Of a DNA stretch of 64,000 nucleotides, positions 13,145 to 26,334 are shown in pieces; positions within the stretch are counted from its first letter, which is position 1, and every line of letters starts with the position of its first letter. Source of the DNA: Octopus sinensis (lineage: Eukaryota); NCBI RefSeq assembly GCF_006345805.1, contig NC_043007.1, forward strand, positions 60,326,001 to 60,390,000. Reading direction: 5' to 3'. The position numbers and the translations under genes are program-made. The notes beneath the pieces were generated by a model. It had not been told where the DNA came from, searched no databases, and saw only the letters and a program-made list of their open reading frames with translations.

Positions 13145-14100
13145 TATGACAGCAAGCTGGCAGAATTGTTAGCATGGTAGAAAAAATGCTTAGCGGCATT
13201 TCATCCATCTTTACATTTTGAGTTCAAATTTCGCTGAGGTCAACTTTGCCTTCTGTCCTTTTGGGGTTGATGAAATATGTACCAGTTGGTGTAAATGGCT
13301 ATTATTCCCTTCAAAATCCTGACCTTGTGCCAAAAAAATTAGAAAGAATCATCATCATCATTATTATTATTATTATTATGGCAGCAAGCTGGCAGGATCA
13401 TTAGCAGTATTTCATCCATCTTTACATTCTGTCTTCAAATTCTGCCAAGATCAACTTACCCTTTTGACTCTTTCAGGGTTTGATGAAATAAGTATCAGTT
13501 GCACCCCATGGTCGATGTAATCAACTAACTCCTCCCCCAAAATTTCAGTCCTTGTGTTTGTAGCAGAAAGGATTATTGAGCTTGCAGAATCATTGGCATG
13601 CCAGGTGAAATGCTTAGCGGTATTTCATCTGCGTTACGTTGTGAGTTCAAATTCCGCCGAGGTCGACTTTGCCTTTCATCCTTTCGGGGTCGATAAATTA
13701 AGTACCAGTTGCACACTGGGGTCGATGTAATCGACTTAATACCTATGTCTGTCCTTGTTTGTCCCCTCTGCGTTTAGCCCCTTGTGGGTAATAAAGAAAT
13801 AGGTATTTCATCTGCTATGTTCTGAGTTCAAATTCCGCCAAGATCAACTTTGCCTTTCATCCTTTCAGGGTTGATAAAATAAGTACCAGTTGAACACTGG
13901 GGTCAATGTAATCAACTTATCCTCTCCAAAAATACTGCAGCAAAATTTGAAACCATTATTATTATTATTAACAATGACCTTTGTTTTTCATCCCTTTGAA
14001 GTAAATAAGTACCAGTTGAGTATTGGGATTAATGTAGTCGACATGCCCCTACTCTCAAATTTGCTGGCCTTGTGCCAAAATTTGAAATCATCCTCAGCAT
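13145..14100 (+). mobile_element. Head-to-tail array of family C tRNA-derived SINEs
   Basis: Copies start at about 13145, 13378, 13580 and 13800, with a partial at 13970. B-box-like GAGTTCAAATTCC, core GGTCGACTTTGCCTTTCATCCTTTCGGGGTCGATAAA, and (ATT)/(ATC) spacers. Confidence 0.9.
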
Positions 14101-14229
14101 CATATAAAATATTTGAAAGTGGAAAATTATTAATAATTGATTATTGTAGCATTTTCAGAGTATATAGCACAACATGTACTTCTGAAATACATATCTAGAA
14201 TACATTTCTTGTGTTCTTATAGAATCTCT

Positions 14230-14670
14230 CCCAGGTTTTTGTATTAATATTATGTACCTTCATATTTCTCGTGCAGACATCTCTGTAGTGCTTTGTACAA
14301 TCAATCAATCTCCTTCCAGATGCTAGCTTTCTTTAGAAGATATCCTTTGGGATATGGCCATCTTCCATGCAGTGAATGTGATCCAACCAGTGCAGTCTCA
14401 GCTACCTGAGCTGAGTGCACATGCTGTGAAGTTCAGCAAGATACCAAAACTGCTGTATTGGTCACTATCTTACAAGGATAAATTTAGGATATGATGGATA
14501 CTTTTCATGTGTAAGATGTTCTCATACCTCATTGCCACCATATTGGTGTTTGCTGTCAGCTTTAGATTCATCCACACTTGTGATGAGAAAGAGTTAAAGC
14601 TGCCTATCCAATCCTCTGGTCAGTCTTCATGTCCAAAGAGAGGTTATCTGTGATAGAGCCAAGTAGTTAA
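14230..14670 (-). mobile_element. Decayed RTE (BovB-like) LINE 3' coding fragment
   Basis: Minus strand: RIG*AA..VWMNLKLT..T and RLHWLDHIHCMEDGHIPKDI..LASGRR...YRDVCTRNMK, matching the RTE motif RLRWLGHVxRMEDGRIPKDILYGEL. Confidence 0.75.
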
Positions 14671-16184
14671 GCTGGTGGATGACATCAAATGAAATAGTTT
14701 TAAATAATTCTAACTTGGAAAAAAATTAAAAGATCATAGTAATAGGAATATTATAAAAAGATTCTTGTAGCTATGCAAGCAAAAGTTCAGAGATTGTAGC
14801 TTACTAATTCACCTACACTAAAAACTAAACTATTGTTATAAGATGGTAATTATTTGGAAATCTGTGTAAAAAAGAGAAAAAAACCTACCTCAGTTGTGAA
14901 AGGAAGCTATATGTATTCTTAAGGAAACCAGCCTTTCTTCTTTCTGGTTCAACATTTGTGGGTTTATAAAGTGGACCATTGGTCTTATAAAATGTTAATG
15001 CTTAGAAGTTGAAGTGTAACACTGCAGAAACACGTCCTACAGTTATATGACATCATTCATAGCCCAGTCTGGTATTTTCACACACATTGTTTATAATGGG
15101 AATTTCTCTCCGGAGACGGTTTCTACAGCAAAAGTCTTCCCACATTTGAATTTACACTTACGCATTAAATATAACTACATGGCTGTATTATAAATCTTCA
15201 TAAATGTGCATGTAAAGGGTGTTATTTATTCAGCAACACAACTTTAACTGTATACATTGATCCATTATCGTGTAGGATATTGCAAAAACTAATGCATCTG
15301 TCGAATATATTGGCTTGAAGAATTTAGATAAAGTACCAACAGTCCTAGAAGAATAGGCTATATAAAACTGGGTAACTGCTCTCACCCTGCCAATTATTGC
15401 CCTCATTTACAATATCTCTCATAAACAGTAACATCTTTTCTAATCGCTCTCTCTCTCGCTTATCTCTCTCTCTCTCTGTTTCCTGAGAACAAGACTTGAT
15501 AAAAGTTTGCAGCTCTTCATCTTGTGGTATTTTTGCCCTGGACATAACATTCATTAGTGTCTAACATGAGGACCTCCTAGCTAATATACCCATATGTGGA
15601 CTCCAGTTGTTTCCCACCTCTTGGCGGCCTCTATTTCCTATCAGACTGTTGCATTGAATTATACACTGTTGGACTCACCCAACCCAGTGCTATCAATTCT
15701 TGTGTAACCCAAGTTTTGATTAAAAGAAGTGGGTATTTGCAACAGTGTTTTCTTTTCTGAAATAATGCATTTTGTGTCTTCAAAAAATCCCTGTTGCCAA
15801 TGTACTAGTTTATTGTCTTTAATCTTTGATGAATATTTGTGTTGAAAATAAAACTATTTTATAGTTGACTCTTTGACTAATGGCTAAGGCTTCTCCATCC
15901 AGAGAACATTTTATTTTGTTTATGAGTAGTTAATAGCACTGAAAAATAAGCCATAACAGAATTAAATTGCAGCAATATACCAAATATAGCCATCTCAGAG
16001 ACATCAGTTAGAAATATAAATATTTCAGATTCATCAACCTTTCTAAATGTGGTCTTAAAAACACAAGATTTGAAATTATTCCACTTGCATTTTTGTGATT
16101 CTACTCTTTGAATGATATGTAAATCTAGCATAGTGAAATAGTATGAGAATATTCCTAGTAACCCCGGAAGCAGTTGTTGTTGTT

Positions 16185-16345
16185 ATGGTAGCAAGCTGGT
16201 AGAATCATTAGCATGTTGAATGAAATGCCTAGCAGCATTTCTTTAGGCTCTTTACATTCTGAGCACAAATTCTGCCAAGGTTGACTTTACCTTTCATCCT
16301 TTTGGAGGTCAATGTAATCAACTATCCCCTTCACTCCAAAGATCA
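16185..16345 (+). mobile_element. Family C SINE
   Basis: ggtagcaagctggtagaatcattagcatg...aaattctgccaaggttgactttacctttcatccttttgg. Confidence 0.8.
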
Positions 16346-17164
16346 TCATTATTGATATTATTAGTTGCAGGGTGATAGTTGCTTATTTTTTCTAAACTTT
16401 GTGGATTTGGCTTTAAAATGCCAGAAGAAATTTCCTTTCAGAAAATACAGTTTGCATTTGTGTGTGTGTGTAATGGGGGAATGTATGTCTGTGTGTGCAT
16501 GCATGCTTACATATCTGTTTGTATGTACATATTTATACATGCTTCATTCTTTTGCCTTATAACAGTCTGACCACACTAAATTATAACTATTTACAAACCA
16601 TATGAATAAAGATTATATCTCATCCTATAACTAACTCCACCAAAGAAGAAAAATTACCTAAGACCCAAATAATCCTAATGAATTACACAAAAACAACTTG
16701 ACGTTAACAGCAAAGACACAATGACTGAACAAAATTCAATGGAACACAACTGGAGTATTTTCCTTGTCGGCTGTCTGATAGATTGTTAATATGATTATGT
16801 ATGTGTATACATGTGTACACAAATTTTTCACACCGTTATTCCCATCTAGGGTAAAGTCTTTGACAGCCTGGCTAAACTTACCTAAATTTTGGTTATGCTC
16901 TTTGGTTTATGTGCTCCAAGTAGAATATCATCATCAGTATAAGCAAATGTTGCATTTAAATTATTATATCTCTAATTATGGAAGGAACCTGTAGAAGGGG
17001 TAAGTAGACCCAGGAAGATATGGGATGAAATGATATGAAAGGATCTTTGGACATTGGGCCTCAAAGAGAAGATGGTAAAGGACTGAGATTTCTGGCAGTT
17101 TTCTGTGCTTGAAAAGACACATCAAACTAAGTAAAACTGTAGCCATCCATGCATACAGGTATGT

Positions 17165-17400
17165 CCCTTATGGCCATGGCCCCCACTCCCTCTCTTGGCT
17201 GGGAGATCCTTGTCTTGTGGGCTCGCAGATGTTGGTGCCACATAAAAGCACCCTGTACACTTTGTGAAGTGATTGGGGGGGGGGGGGGGCAAAACTATGC
17301 CAAAATAGACAATTAGAGCCTGGACAGCTCTCCGGCTGACCAGCTCCAGTCAAACTGCCCAACCCTTGCCAGCATGAAAAAACGGATGTTAAATAATGAT
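17165..17400 (+). mobile_element. RTE 3'-tail-type short repeat
   Basis: ggtgccacataaaagcaccctgtacac...ccaacccttgccagcatgaaaaaacggatgttaaataatgat. A poly-G run replaces the central motif. Confidence 0.75.
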
Positions 17401-18144
17401 ATCATCCATTTTTATTTGAAAAGCAGCTGCAGCACTCTTCAATATAAAAGGCATTTTACAAAACTGATATAATTTTCTATTACATTCAAATAGCTTATAG
17501 AGTTATGAGTATACAGTCAGAAATATAGTAAGATTGTCATATGTGTGTGTATGAATGAATGAATGGAGAGAAATGTGTGTAGGAAGAGATGTTAATTACA
17601 AGAGTTGAAATTAAAGGTAAGAAATATGAATCTGAAGGAATCACTTTAACAGTTTTTGAATAATACTACTATTCTTAATTTATTGGAGTTTTTTTTTCTT
17701 TCAAAATTCTCTTTACCAAAGTCCTTTAAGGTTTGTGAATGGTCTACAAGCACAGTAGTTAGGCCACAAATTGAAAGTATAGATGAAGTGCCATTATTTT
17801 TAATCACTATACTTTCATGAAAAGACAAAACCCTGTCATGCATTGTTGAATATTTGGTATTATTATAAATATTGTTAAGAGTAACATCACAAATGCTAAA
17901 ATTTCTTTGTGTGTGTTGAAGAAACTATAGGGATTTCAGAAATAAATTTAATAGGCAATTTCATATAAAAGGCAAAAGAAGTATGAATAAAAATTCTGTG
18001 TATTCCCTGCATCAATTAAAGCGTCAACACGTTTATAATTTATTATTATAAACAACTGACTTTTGAGTAGAATTTTGAAATAGCAGCCAATGTTGTAAAA
18101 ATGACACTTAAGGATATTTTTTTATCTTACTGTATGCACAGATC

Positions 18145-18330
18145 CTGAAATTTGGTGGGAGGGGGCAAGTCAATTATATTAACTCCAATGCTCAACTGGT
18201 ACTTATTTTATCAACCCTGCAAAGATGAAATGCAAAGTCAACCTTGCTGGAATTTGAAGTCAGAATGTAAAGCCAGAAAAAATGCTGATGAGCATTTTGT
18301 TCAACATGCTTATGATTCTGCCAGCTTTCC
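18145..18330 (-). mobile_element. Family C SINE (minus strand)
   Basis: Reverse complement of the family C head and core: aaagtcaaccttgctggaatttgaagtcagaatgtaaag...tgattctgccagct. Confidence 0.8.
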
Positions 18331-19994
18331 AACAAATATTATTATAAGAAAATGAGTTGTGGATTGGCAAAATCTTTAGAATATCAGATGGGCTGCTTTG
18401 CAGTATTTTTTCCAGCTTTGTCTTTCATTATTCTGGGGTTAAGTACCTGTCAAGTACAGTAGTTTTTTAATCAAGTTTCTGGCCTCTCAAATTCTGCCTA
18501 TATTAGAAACTAATATTAAATCAGTAAAGAAATGCATGATTGAAATAAAGAAAGCATGATTATTACTATTACTAGCTGGTTCCATGCTGTCAAAAATGAT
18601 AGCTAATTGTAGTATTTTATATATAAAAAAGGTACAAAACCAAGTTTTTAGTTTTATAATTCTTTTATTACCAAATTTTTTGTGAAAAATCTATCTGCAA
18701 CTAACATGCCTTGACTGCTTGTTTCCTTCAAAAGAATTTTTAAGTTTTTCTTCCTTCTTGCACAACTTAAGGCTACATAAAACTAGCCCTGAGTAAATAA
18801 AGGAGCTGGCAAGTAAATACCAACTTTTTCAAAGCTCTGTCCTTGCTATTTGTATATGGTCATGGCAAAGCTGGTATCACAGGGAACTGCTGCCTGCTCA
18901 TATTAAAAGGTAGATCTATTTCACTCTGATGCAGGTCAACTCGTGGTATGAAAGCTTCATTTCCCTTTGTGTGTCTGTAATTCTATTTTCTATGTATCTT
19001 TCTAAATAAACATACACAAACACTCACTCAAATATTATATATAAACATATTTTACAGAAACACACATATACACACACAAACATTCACATATACACATTTA
19101 GTCACACGGAGTTGAAGCGCTGTCTGATTTTTTTGCACCGTAGGATTTTCAACTTCCCACTTCCATCGGTGGATATATGAATATATTTTACACAAACACA
19201 CACACACATTCAAATAAACATAACAACCAATATGTGTAGCCAATTTGCTATACATATACACACACAGGCATCATTCAGTTTGCCATCACCCCTTCCTTCG
19301 TCAGTCATCTCTTGTGATGGACAAAAACATAGGAGAATTATATATTAGTAGATTGTTATTTTTATTATTATTATATCAGCATAGTTTGAATAGTGACCTT
19401 TTAATGAAAAAATTCTTTGCCAAGGCAATTTTGTCATTTATGAATCTTACTATTGCACAAAAAAAAAGAAAAGAAAAAAACCTTTATAATCCTTTGTAAA
19501 AGCAAGCAGGATGAAGAAAATCATTAGAATTACATTGATCTTGTAAAGGCTCTGATAGCGCATTAACAGAATATGTTGTTCATTGTGAAATATATGAGGA
19601 TTAGCATTCGTCTGTGCTTGTTCTTCTACTAGCACTGGCTAACAATTATTGCATCATATAACTTCAGCTTATTATTTACAAGTAATCTTTGACATATAGC
19701 TTTAATTGTGAGTCCATCCCATGTCTTCTTCACAATATTCAACAATCTTAACTTAAAAATCGCAAACCATGAAAAAGTCTATGATGGTTTGTTTTAATGT
19801 AGAGTGACTTCAGTTTATTAATGGCTCTCAGTTGTGACAGAATATATTCATAGATGTTTGGAGAAATACAGTTTATTGAGAATTTATCTTCCTTTGTTGT
19901 TATTTTGCTTTCAAAAATTTGGGAAGTGTTCTGCCAATGCAATCCTCTTTGTTTGAGCTTGCAAATCAATGAGTTAAAAATATCCTTTCTATTG

Positions 19995-20180
19995 TAGGCA
20001 CAAAGCCTGAAACTTGGTGGGGCAGAGTTAAATCAATTACATTGACCTCAGTATATAACTGGTATTTATTTTATCGACACTAAAAGGAAAAATCAACCTC
20101 AGTGGAATTTGAACTCAGAACAAAGTTGAATGAAATGCCACTAAGCATTTTGTCTGACATGCTAATGATTCTGCCAAAGA
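19995..20180 (-). mobile_element. Family C SINE (minus strand)
   Basis: tcaacctcagtggaatttgaactcagaac...gctaatgattctgcca. Confidence 0.8.
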
Positions 20181-21440
20181 GAAATATCAATAATAAATAA
20201 ATCAAATAGGTTAATATTACCTGTAATATATCAAACGTAGTAAGTTTTTGAAATAATGTTCATCAATTTGTGCATGTAGTTAGCTGGATAAGGTTCATGT
20301 GTGCAAGAGTGAGAAATTATGCAATTTTTAATTGCATTATATTTTAACTCACCTTCATATATACAAGGGTGGGTATAGAAGTAATGCAAATAAAAATTTT
20401 ATTACTTTCTGACTCACCCTCATATTTCCTTACACTTGTTGCTTCACTTTTCTATCCTGGCATGGTAGGACAAAGATCCTTTCATAATACTACATGCTCT
20501 TGTTTTAAAGAATGCTTTCAATTCCTGAGTACCAATAATCAAATCAGTTTAGTTGTAACAGTTACATAAAACACTTACAGTAATAACAGAACTAAAACTG
20601 ATTCATGTGGATCCATTGGAATGTAAAAAAAAAAATCAATGAATAAATTGTTATATAACCAAGAAATACTTCCAGAAGTTTTATTCAGTGATTCAAGACT
20701 ACTACCATTCTTATGTTTTATTTGGCTGTCATACCAGTACGTGCACACTAAAACACTTGCATTTTAAAACATGAAGACAGTATTAAAACATACACACACA
20801 CACACATGGCAGATTTCATATTTCATAAGTCTTTCTGGTTCACCCACCTCTCCTTCTTTTGATATCCTTAGAGTGATCATGCCTTAGATCCACATTAAAC
20901 CCGTTAACTAATCTGTTTTCCCCAGAACTGTTCCCCTTTGTAATCTCCAACTTGCCAATATGTTTTTATGATTATTGCAACCCCGTAGACATTCATCATT
21001 TACTGCAAAATAACAGGTAAAACTTGAAAAGTCAACTTGAACAATGGGCTGAAAATTGATTGAAGAAAATGGATCAACTTTTCTATAAAATATTTTAGCA
21101 ATATTTTTCCTCTTTTGTGCTTGAGAAAAATTAACAAATTACATAAAAGATGGCTTCCTGCAGAAATTTGAATAGCAATTATCCATACAAAATGATGACA
21201 AAATAGTCATTTCAACTGTCTACTTGAATGTCTTTTTATTTCTTCTTCATTTGTTTGCAAATATATCTGTACTTCATTTAAAATTTATATTAACTTGAAA
21301 CTTCTTCATGCAAAGAAATACCTCCAGTCTTGTTTTTCCCTGAAAGAAATTGGCAAAATTTTCTGTGCCACAATTTATTGTCTTCTGCATTTGTGTAAAA
21401 TTTTACCTTTATCTTATTTATTTTTTTGTTATCTCCCTAG

Positions 21441-21635
21441 GTCTATCAGGAAATCCTGTTGATCTCAATCATCGCCGTGAAGTATTTGGTTCCAATATAA
21501 TACCTCCAAAGCCACCAAAATCTTTTTTACAACTAGTTTGGGATGCATTACAAGATGTCACACTTATTATTTTGTTAGTAGCTGCAATTATATCATTAGC
21601 ATTGTCATTTTATAAAGTACCTAAAGACCCAGATG
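21441..21635 (+). CDS. ATP2B: PMCA coding exon 2 (cation ATPase N-terminal region and TM1)
   Basis: Acceptor ctccctag|GT. Encodes [65 protein letters not shown]. Donor GATG|gtaagt. 195 nt, phase 1-1. Confidence 0.97.
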
Positions 21636-21789
21636 GTAAGTACGTCTTTTCATTTTTAAGAGAAATATGCAAATTTATGATTAATTTGAATTAGATTTTT
21701 AACACCTTTTTTTTTTCTCTTTTTGTCAAGAAAAATAACTTCAATTCTTTATATGTCATATTTGAAATAAATAAAAATATCATCATCCA

Positions 21790-22080
21790 TCTATCTATCT
21801 ATCTTTTCCAGCCACTATTCCTGGGGGGGGGGGTCAAGGGAATGGAGTCCTCAAGCATCTCCTTCATCAGAAGCAGCCCTCATAAGATTATCTGGCTGGT
21901 TTCCCAAACATACCCAATTAAGACTATGGGCATTATCCAACCATCTCATTCTTGGCCTATCCTTAAGTCTCCTGCCAGTTGACTTGGCTTGAAGAATCTG
22001 TCCTGCAGTTCTTTTCCTGCAACATTCTAATCACATATCCATAGTTCTGGAGCTGCAACTTCTCAATGCTTCCAGAAAAT
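21790..22080 (-). mobile_element. Decayed 3' end of another RTE-type LINE (Expander/Rex3-like) with a (GATA)n tail
   Basis: Minus strand: EKLQLQNYGYVIRM..ILQAKSTGRRLKDRPRMRWLD, ending in gatagatagatgg. Confidence 0.6.
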
Positions 22081-24439
22081 ACCTTGATTATTTACCACCA
22101 CCACAACCCAAAAAGAATTAACAAAGTATACCAAATTTAATCAAAAGCTTAAATTAGTTTATCTGTTCAGAAAATCTTATTGTTATCATGTCTACTTTTC
22201 CATGCAGACATGGGGTGGATTGGGCTTTTTGAAACGATGTTTATCCCCAGTTGCTCTACCTGACACCTACACCTTCAGTCATCTCTTACAACAGACAGGG
22301 ATATAGTGAACCTATTTCTAAAGGCCACATTACACATGGTAGAGATATTCAAAAGAAAATATGGCGGCCTCAAATCCTGCAAGAGCAGCATCTATAAAAC
22401 AAGAGACAGTGAGTTTAGACTGACTGCAGTTCTAAACCAGATTCTATAATACGTTTAGGTATTATGACATACAAAAATACATACACATAAAGTCTCTTTC
22501 TCTCTTGCACACAGCATTTTACATCTATTTTCCATGATGACACAGGTTAGGCAGGTCATCACAATTCAAGTCAGTTTTCGTTTTAGGTTACTACCCTCCT
22601 AAGCTTGGCCAGAGATCACTTCTCTCATCCATTTTCATTCTAGTTGCTCATTTCCATTACATCTTTCTACATTGTTACTTTGATACTGTCTTTGACTAGT
22701 ATACACTAGATTTTATGTTGATCATTTTGTGTGCTCTTTTACTTGTGTATGCTTGTGTACATATATTTGTTTGAGTGTATATCTACAATACTCTTTATTG
22801 CATACATATATGTAGAAAGCATTGCACACTTAAGAAAACCAAATATGACATCAACGGTACAATATTGAGTATGCAATGGAAAATCACATTTTCTAGAGCA
22901 GAAATATTGGCTTGTCCTGTGAAATAGTTAACATGTTCATTATTTCTTGTGATATGATATCATTGGCAAAACTGCTTCTTGCTTTTAACAAAAATGATAT
23001 GTAGTAGTTTTAACTGAAAATTATCTGTACAATTGTAACCTTTCAGTTTTTGTTAAATATTTTAAGCAAAAACAATATAGATATAAGAGAATAAACTCTG
23101 TACATGATAGATTTTTAAATCTAGTAAGACCTAAATCACATAAATACATTGACAGTTACTTTACTTGAGTGTTCAACAATCTTAAGAGCTTGAAACATAT
23201 TTATTGAAACACCTGAAGTTCTTACAATAAATATCTCTGGACAAAGCAATATTTCTGGTTCCATGTAAAGAAAGAAAAATGCCACCATTACACCTAATTA
23301 CAAAAAGAACTTGCTGAGCATAAATATATCTACACAGCCTTGACCTTTATAATATTTTAAATAGGTCAGTGAACATTGAGTTTATTTAAGAATTGTCGCC
23401 ATCTTCTAGCTAAGAATAATACATAAAACGGTTTTTATGTATTGGTACTGCTTAAATCTGGTATTTAGGCTCTAGGTGGAGACCAGACATAAATTATATC
23501 TATTCAACCTTGATTTTTTATTATAGCAAAATTGACTTCTCATGTACTTTTATAATAAAAACTGAACATTCTTGACAAACAAGAAGGCTGAAATCTGGTT
23601 GAGAGGTTTCATAAACAGATATTATAAGTTTATTACTACATGTCACTTCACTTAACGTTATGATGTCAAAATGCTTGTTTGAATATATTATTATGTTTTT
23701 AATAATGAACATCCTTTAATGTATAGAGACAATGATTTCAATCTTGCATATTTCATATCAGTAGCTGTTAAGTTTAACGAGAGCTTCTCAAAACATTTTA
23801 CTTGAAACACCCTCATAACAAAATTTTATTTCCATATCACCTTTCCACCCACTCACCCACCTCAAAAATAAATTATAATCATATATTATATTCTGAAACA
23901 TAACCAATTTACTAATCTTTTTTACAAATTACACAGGAAAAGAATCAGTCTACTATAAATGCAGAAATACCTTTAATGTTTGAATTATTTTTTAATTGGA
24001 AGGATGTGTTTAATGGACACAGAGATCTTCAATATTAGGTTGTAGCTTTGTGAGTTTGTGCCACATATTGTATGTTCAAAGTGCTCCTGCATTTGATGAG
24101 TAAATAATGTACATGATTAAATCTAGATTCCACCATATACATGCTTAGAAAAGTTTGTAAAGTGGGTTTCACAGATGTGCAAGCTCAGAATATTTTGCTT
24201 GGAAAGTTCTTTTCAAGAGGACCCTCTAGGTTTTTATTCACTTCCAGTGGTCTATATGAACCACTCTGAGAAGCCTTGAGTTAAACTGTACAAGCATCTC
24301 TTCCAAGAAAAGCAACTTTTGGTCCATGAAAACTAAATTGTGACTAAGATCCTGCTTCCTAACATTTCTTACTATATTTCAGTTTTGAGATTTATGAAAA
24401 GTTTTTACATGAACATAATAATAATAATAATAATCCTTT

Positions 24440-24600
24440 CTACTGAAAGTACAAGGCCTGAAACTTGGGGTAGAGAACTAGTCGGATACATTAACCGCAG
24501 TGTTTCACTGGTACTTAATTTATCAACCCCAAAAGGATGAAAGGCAATGTCAACCTCAGTGGAATTTGAACTCAGAACGTCAAGGCTGACGAAATGATGA
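24440..24600 (-). mobile_element. Family C SINE (minus strand), about 260 bp upstream of exon 3
   Basis: tttatcaaccccaaaaggatgaaaggcaatgtcaacctcagtggaatttgaactcagaacg. Confidence 0.85.
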
Positions 24601-24863
24601 AGTCCCTCCTAATCAGAATATTAGATGACATAAAACAATCTAACACAAATAATGCAATTGTCAGACATCTTACATTTATTATCAACTTAAGTTTCAAGTC
24701 AACAAACATGCCCATTATTTTTATATGCAAAGTCATTAAATGAATGGACTCAATTTGCTCAGTCTTACAATGTATATCGTAATGAAAAGTTTGTGTGTGT
24801 GTGTTCCATTCATTACTTTTTAGTCGCCATTAATAATATGATCTTTATTTTTTTTGTCTATAG

Positions 24864-25106
24864 CTGAGGAAGATGTACATGAATCTTCTGATGAAGCTGG
24901 ATGGATAGAAGGTTTAGCAATCTTAGTAGCTGTCATTGTAGTTGTATTAGTCACTGCCTTTAATGATTGGCGAAAAGAAAAACAATTCAGGGGATTACAA
25001 AGTAAAATTGAACATGAACACAAGTTTAGTACAATACGTGCTGCCGAAGTGATTGAGATTCCTGTTGGTGAACTTGTTGTGGGAGATATCTGCCTTGTTA
25101 AATATG
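24864..25106 (+). CDS. ATP2B: PMCA coding exon 3 (TM2 and start of actuator domain)
   Basis: Acceptor tttgtctatag|CT. Encodes [59 protein letters not shown]...VGDICLVKY(G). Donor TATG|gtaagt. 243 nt, phase 1-1. Confidence 0.97.
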
Positions 25107-25759
25107 GTAAGTTCACTTTTTATTTATTTTCATCCATCTCTATCACATCAAATATTCACTTTAAAAAATAACATATACTTTATATTTTCTTTCTTTTCTC
25201 TTTTTTTTTTCTAGTTTCCAAGTAATTTAATTTAGTTTCTAATTAAATCTTTTGTTTAATAGTTTTAGTTTTTATGTTAATCATTATTTTTAAAAGTGGA
25301 TAACATGTAAAATTTCCATTTTTTTGTTTACATTTTAAATCACTCAAAATTCTAGTTCTAATTTAATAACTATGCTTTTCATATGTCAAATCATAAATAC
25401 TTACTTCAATTCTTGTAAATATCCTTTACAAATCTTGTCCTTCATATTTGGAATTGTTCAGTCAGCAATAGAACCAAAATAATACTTCTCAAAGCTTGCA
25501 TTGAAGCAGTTCTGTTCTGCAGCAGCAAAGGTTGGACCTTTACATAAACACAAAACAAAAGTCACAAATGCAGAACATGGCACTCTTTTACAATTTGTTG
25601 CTCAAAGAACAAATAGTGAATGGATAAATACAAGAGAGCAGACTTTCTCAGCTGATAACATTTTATGCTAAAAAATATTGATTTTGACTGGGCTTGCTTG
25701 GAGATGACCAAATATTCATATGAGATTGACTACTTTCTATAATCACACAATTAAAGATA

Positions 25760-26190
25760 CATCATCATCATTGTTTTAACATCCACTTTTCCATGTTTAC
25801 ATGGGTCAGATAGAGTTTATTGGAGTAGATTTTCTACAGTTAGATACCCTTCCTGTTGCCAAGCCTCATCTGTTTCCAAGCAAGGTAATGTTTTTGCAGA
25901 ATATTGGAAATGAATGGCACTGCTTGTCTGGCAGTAACACTCATTTACAACTATCATGTTATGTCAAGGCAAGCAGATGCAAGCATAAGCACACTTACCC
26001 ATACATATACATGCATATATAAATATATGATTGGTTCCTTTCAGTTTCCATCTACCAAATCCTCTCACAAAGCTTTCCTTAAGCCAGGGCTATAGCAGAT
26101 GACACTTGCCCAAAGAGCCATGCTGTGGGACTGAACTCAAAACCATGTGGTTGGGAAGCAAACTTCTTAACCACGCTGTCATACATGCAC
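25760..26190 (-). mobile_element. SINE head A with RTE-type body D (minus strand)
   Basis: Reverse complement of the architecture at 3665-4145, starting with an (ATC)n tail. Confidence 0.85.
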
Positions 26191-26334
26191 CTAAACCATA
26201 CCTGTGCAACTTAGAGTATTACAATGTTCGAAAGTGCTTTGCAAAAGACAGATTTTCCAAGTTAATAACAGTCTAACCAGATGAAGTATAAAATTTAGTG
26301 AAGTTGCCATGGATAGGGATCAATGGTCAAAGTA

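Noticed and set aside
17275-17290. Poly-G runs (also about 21825 and 46810)
   Set aside because: Single homopolymers that may be slippage products or assembly artefacts; no functional claim possible.
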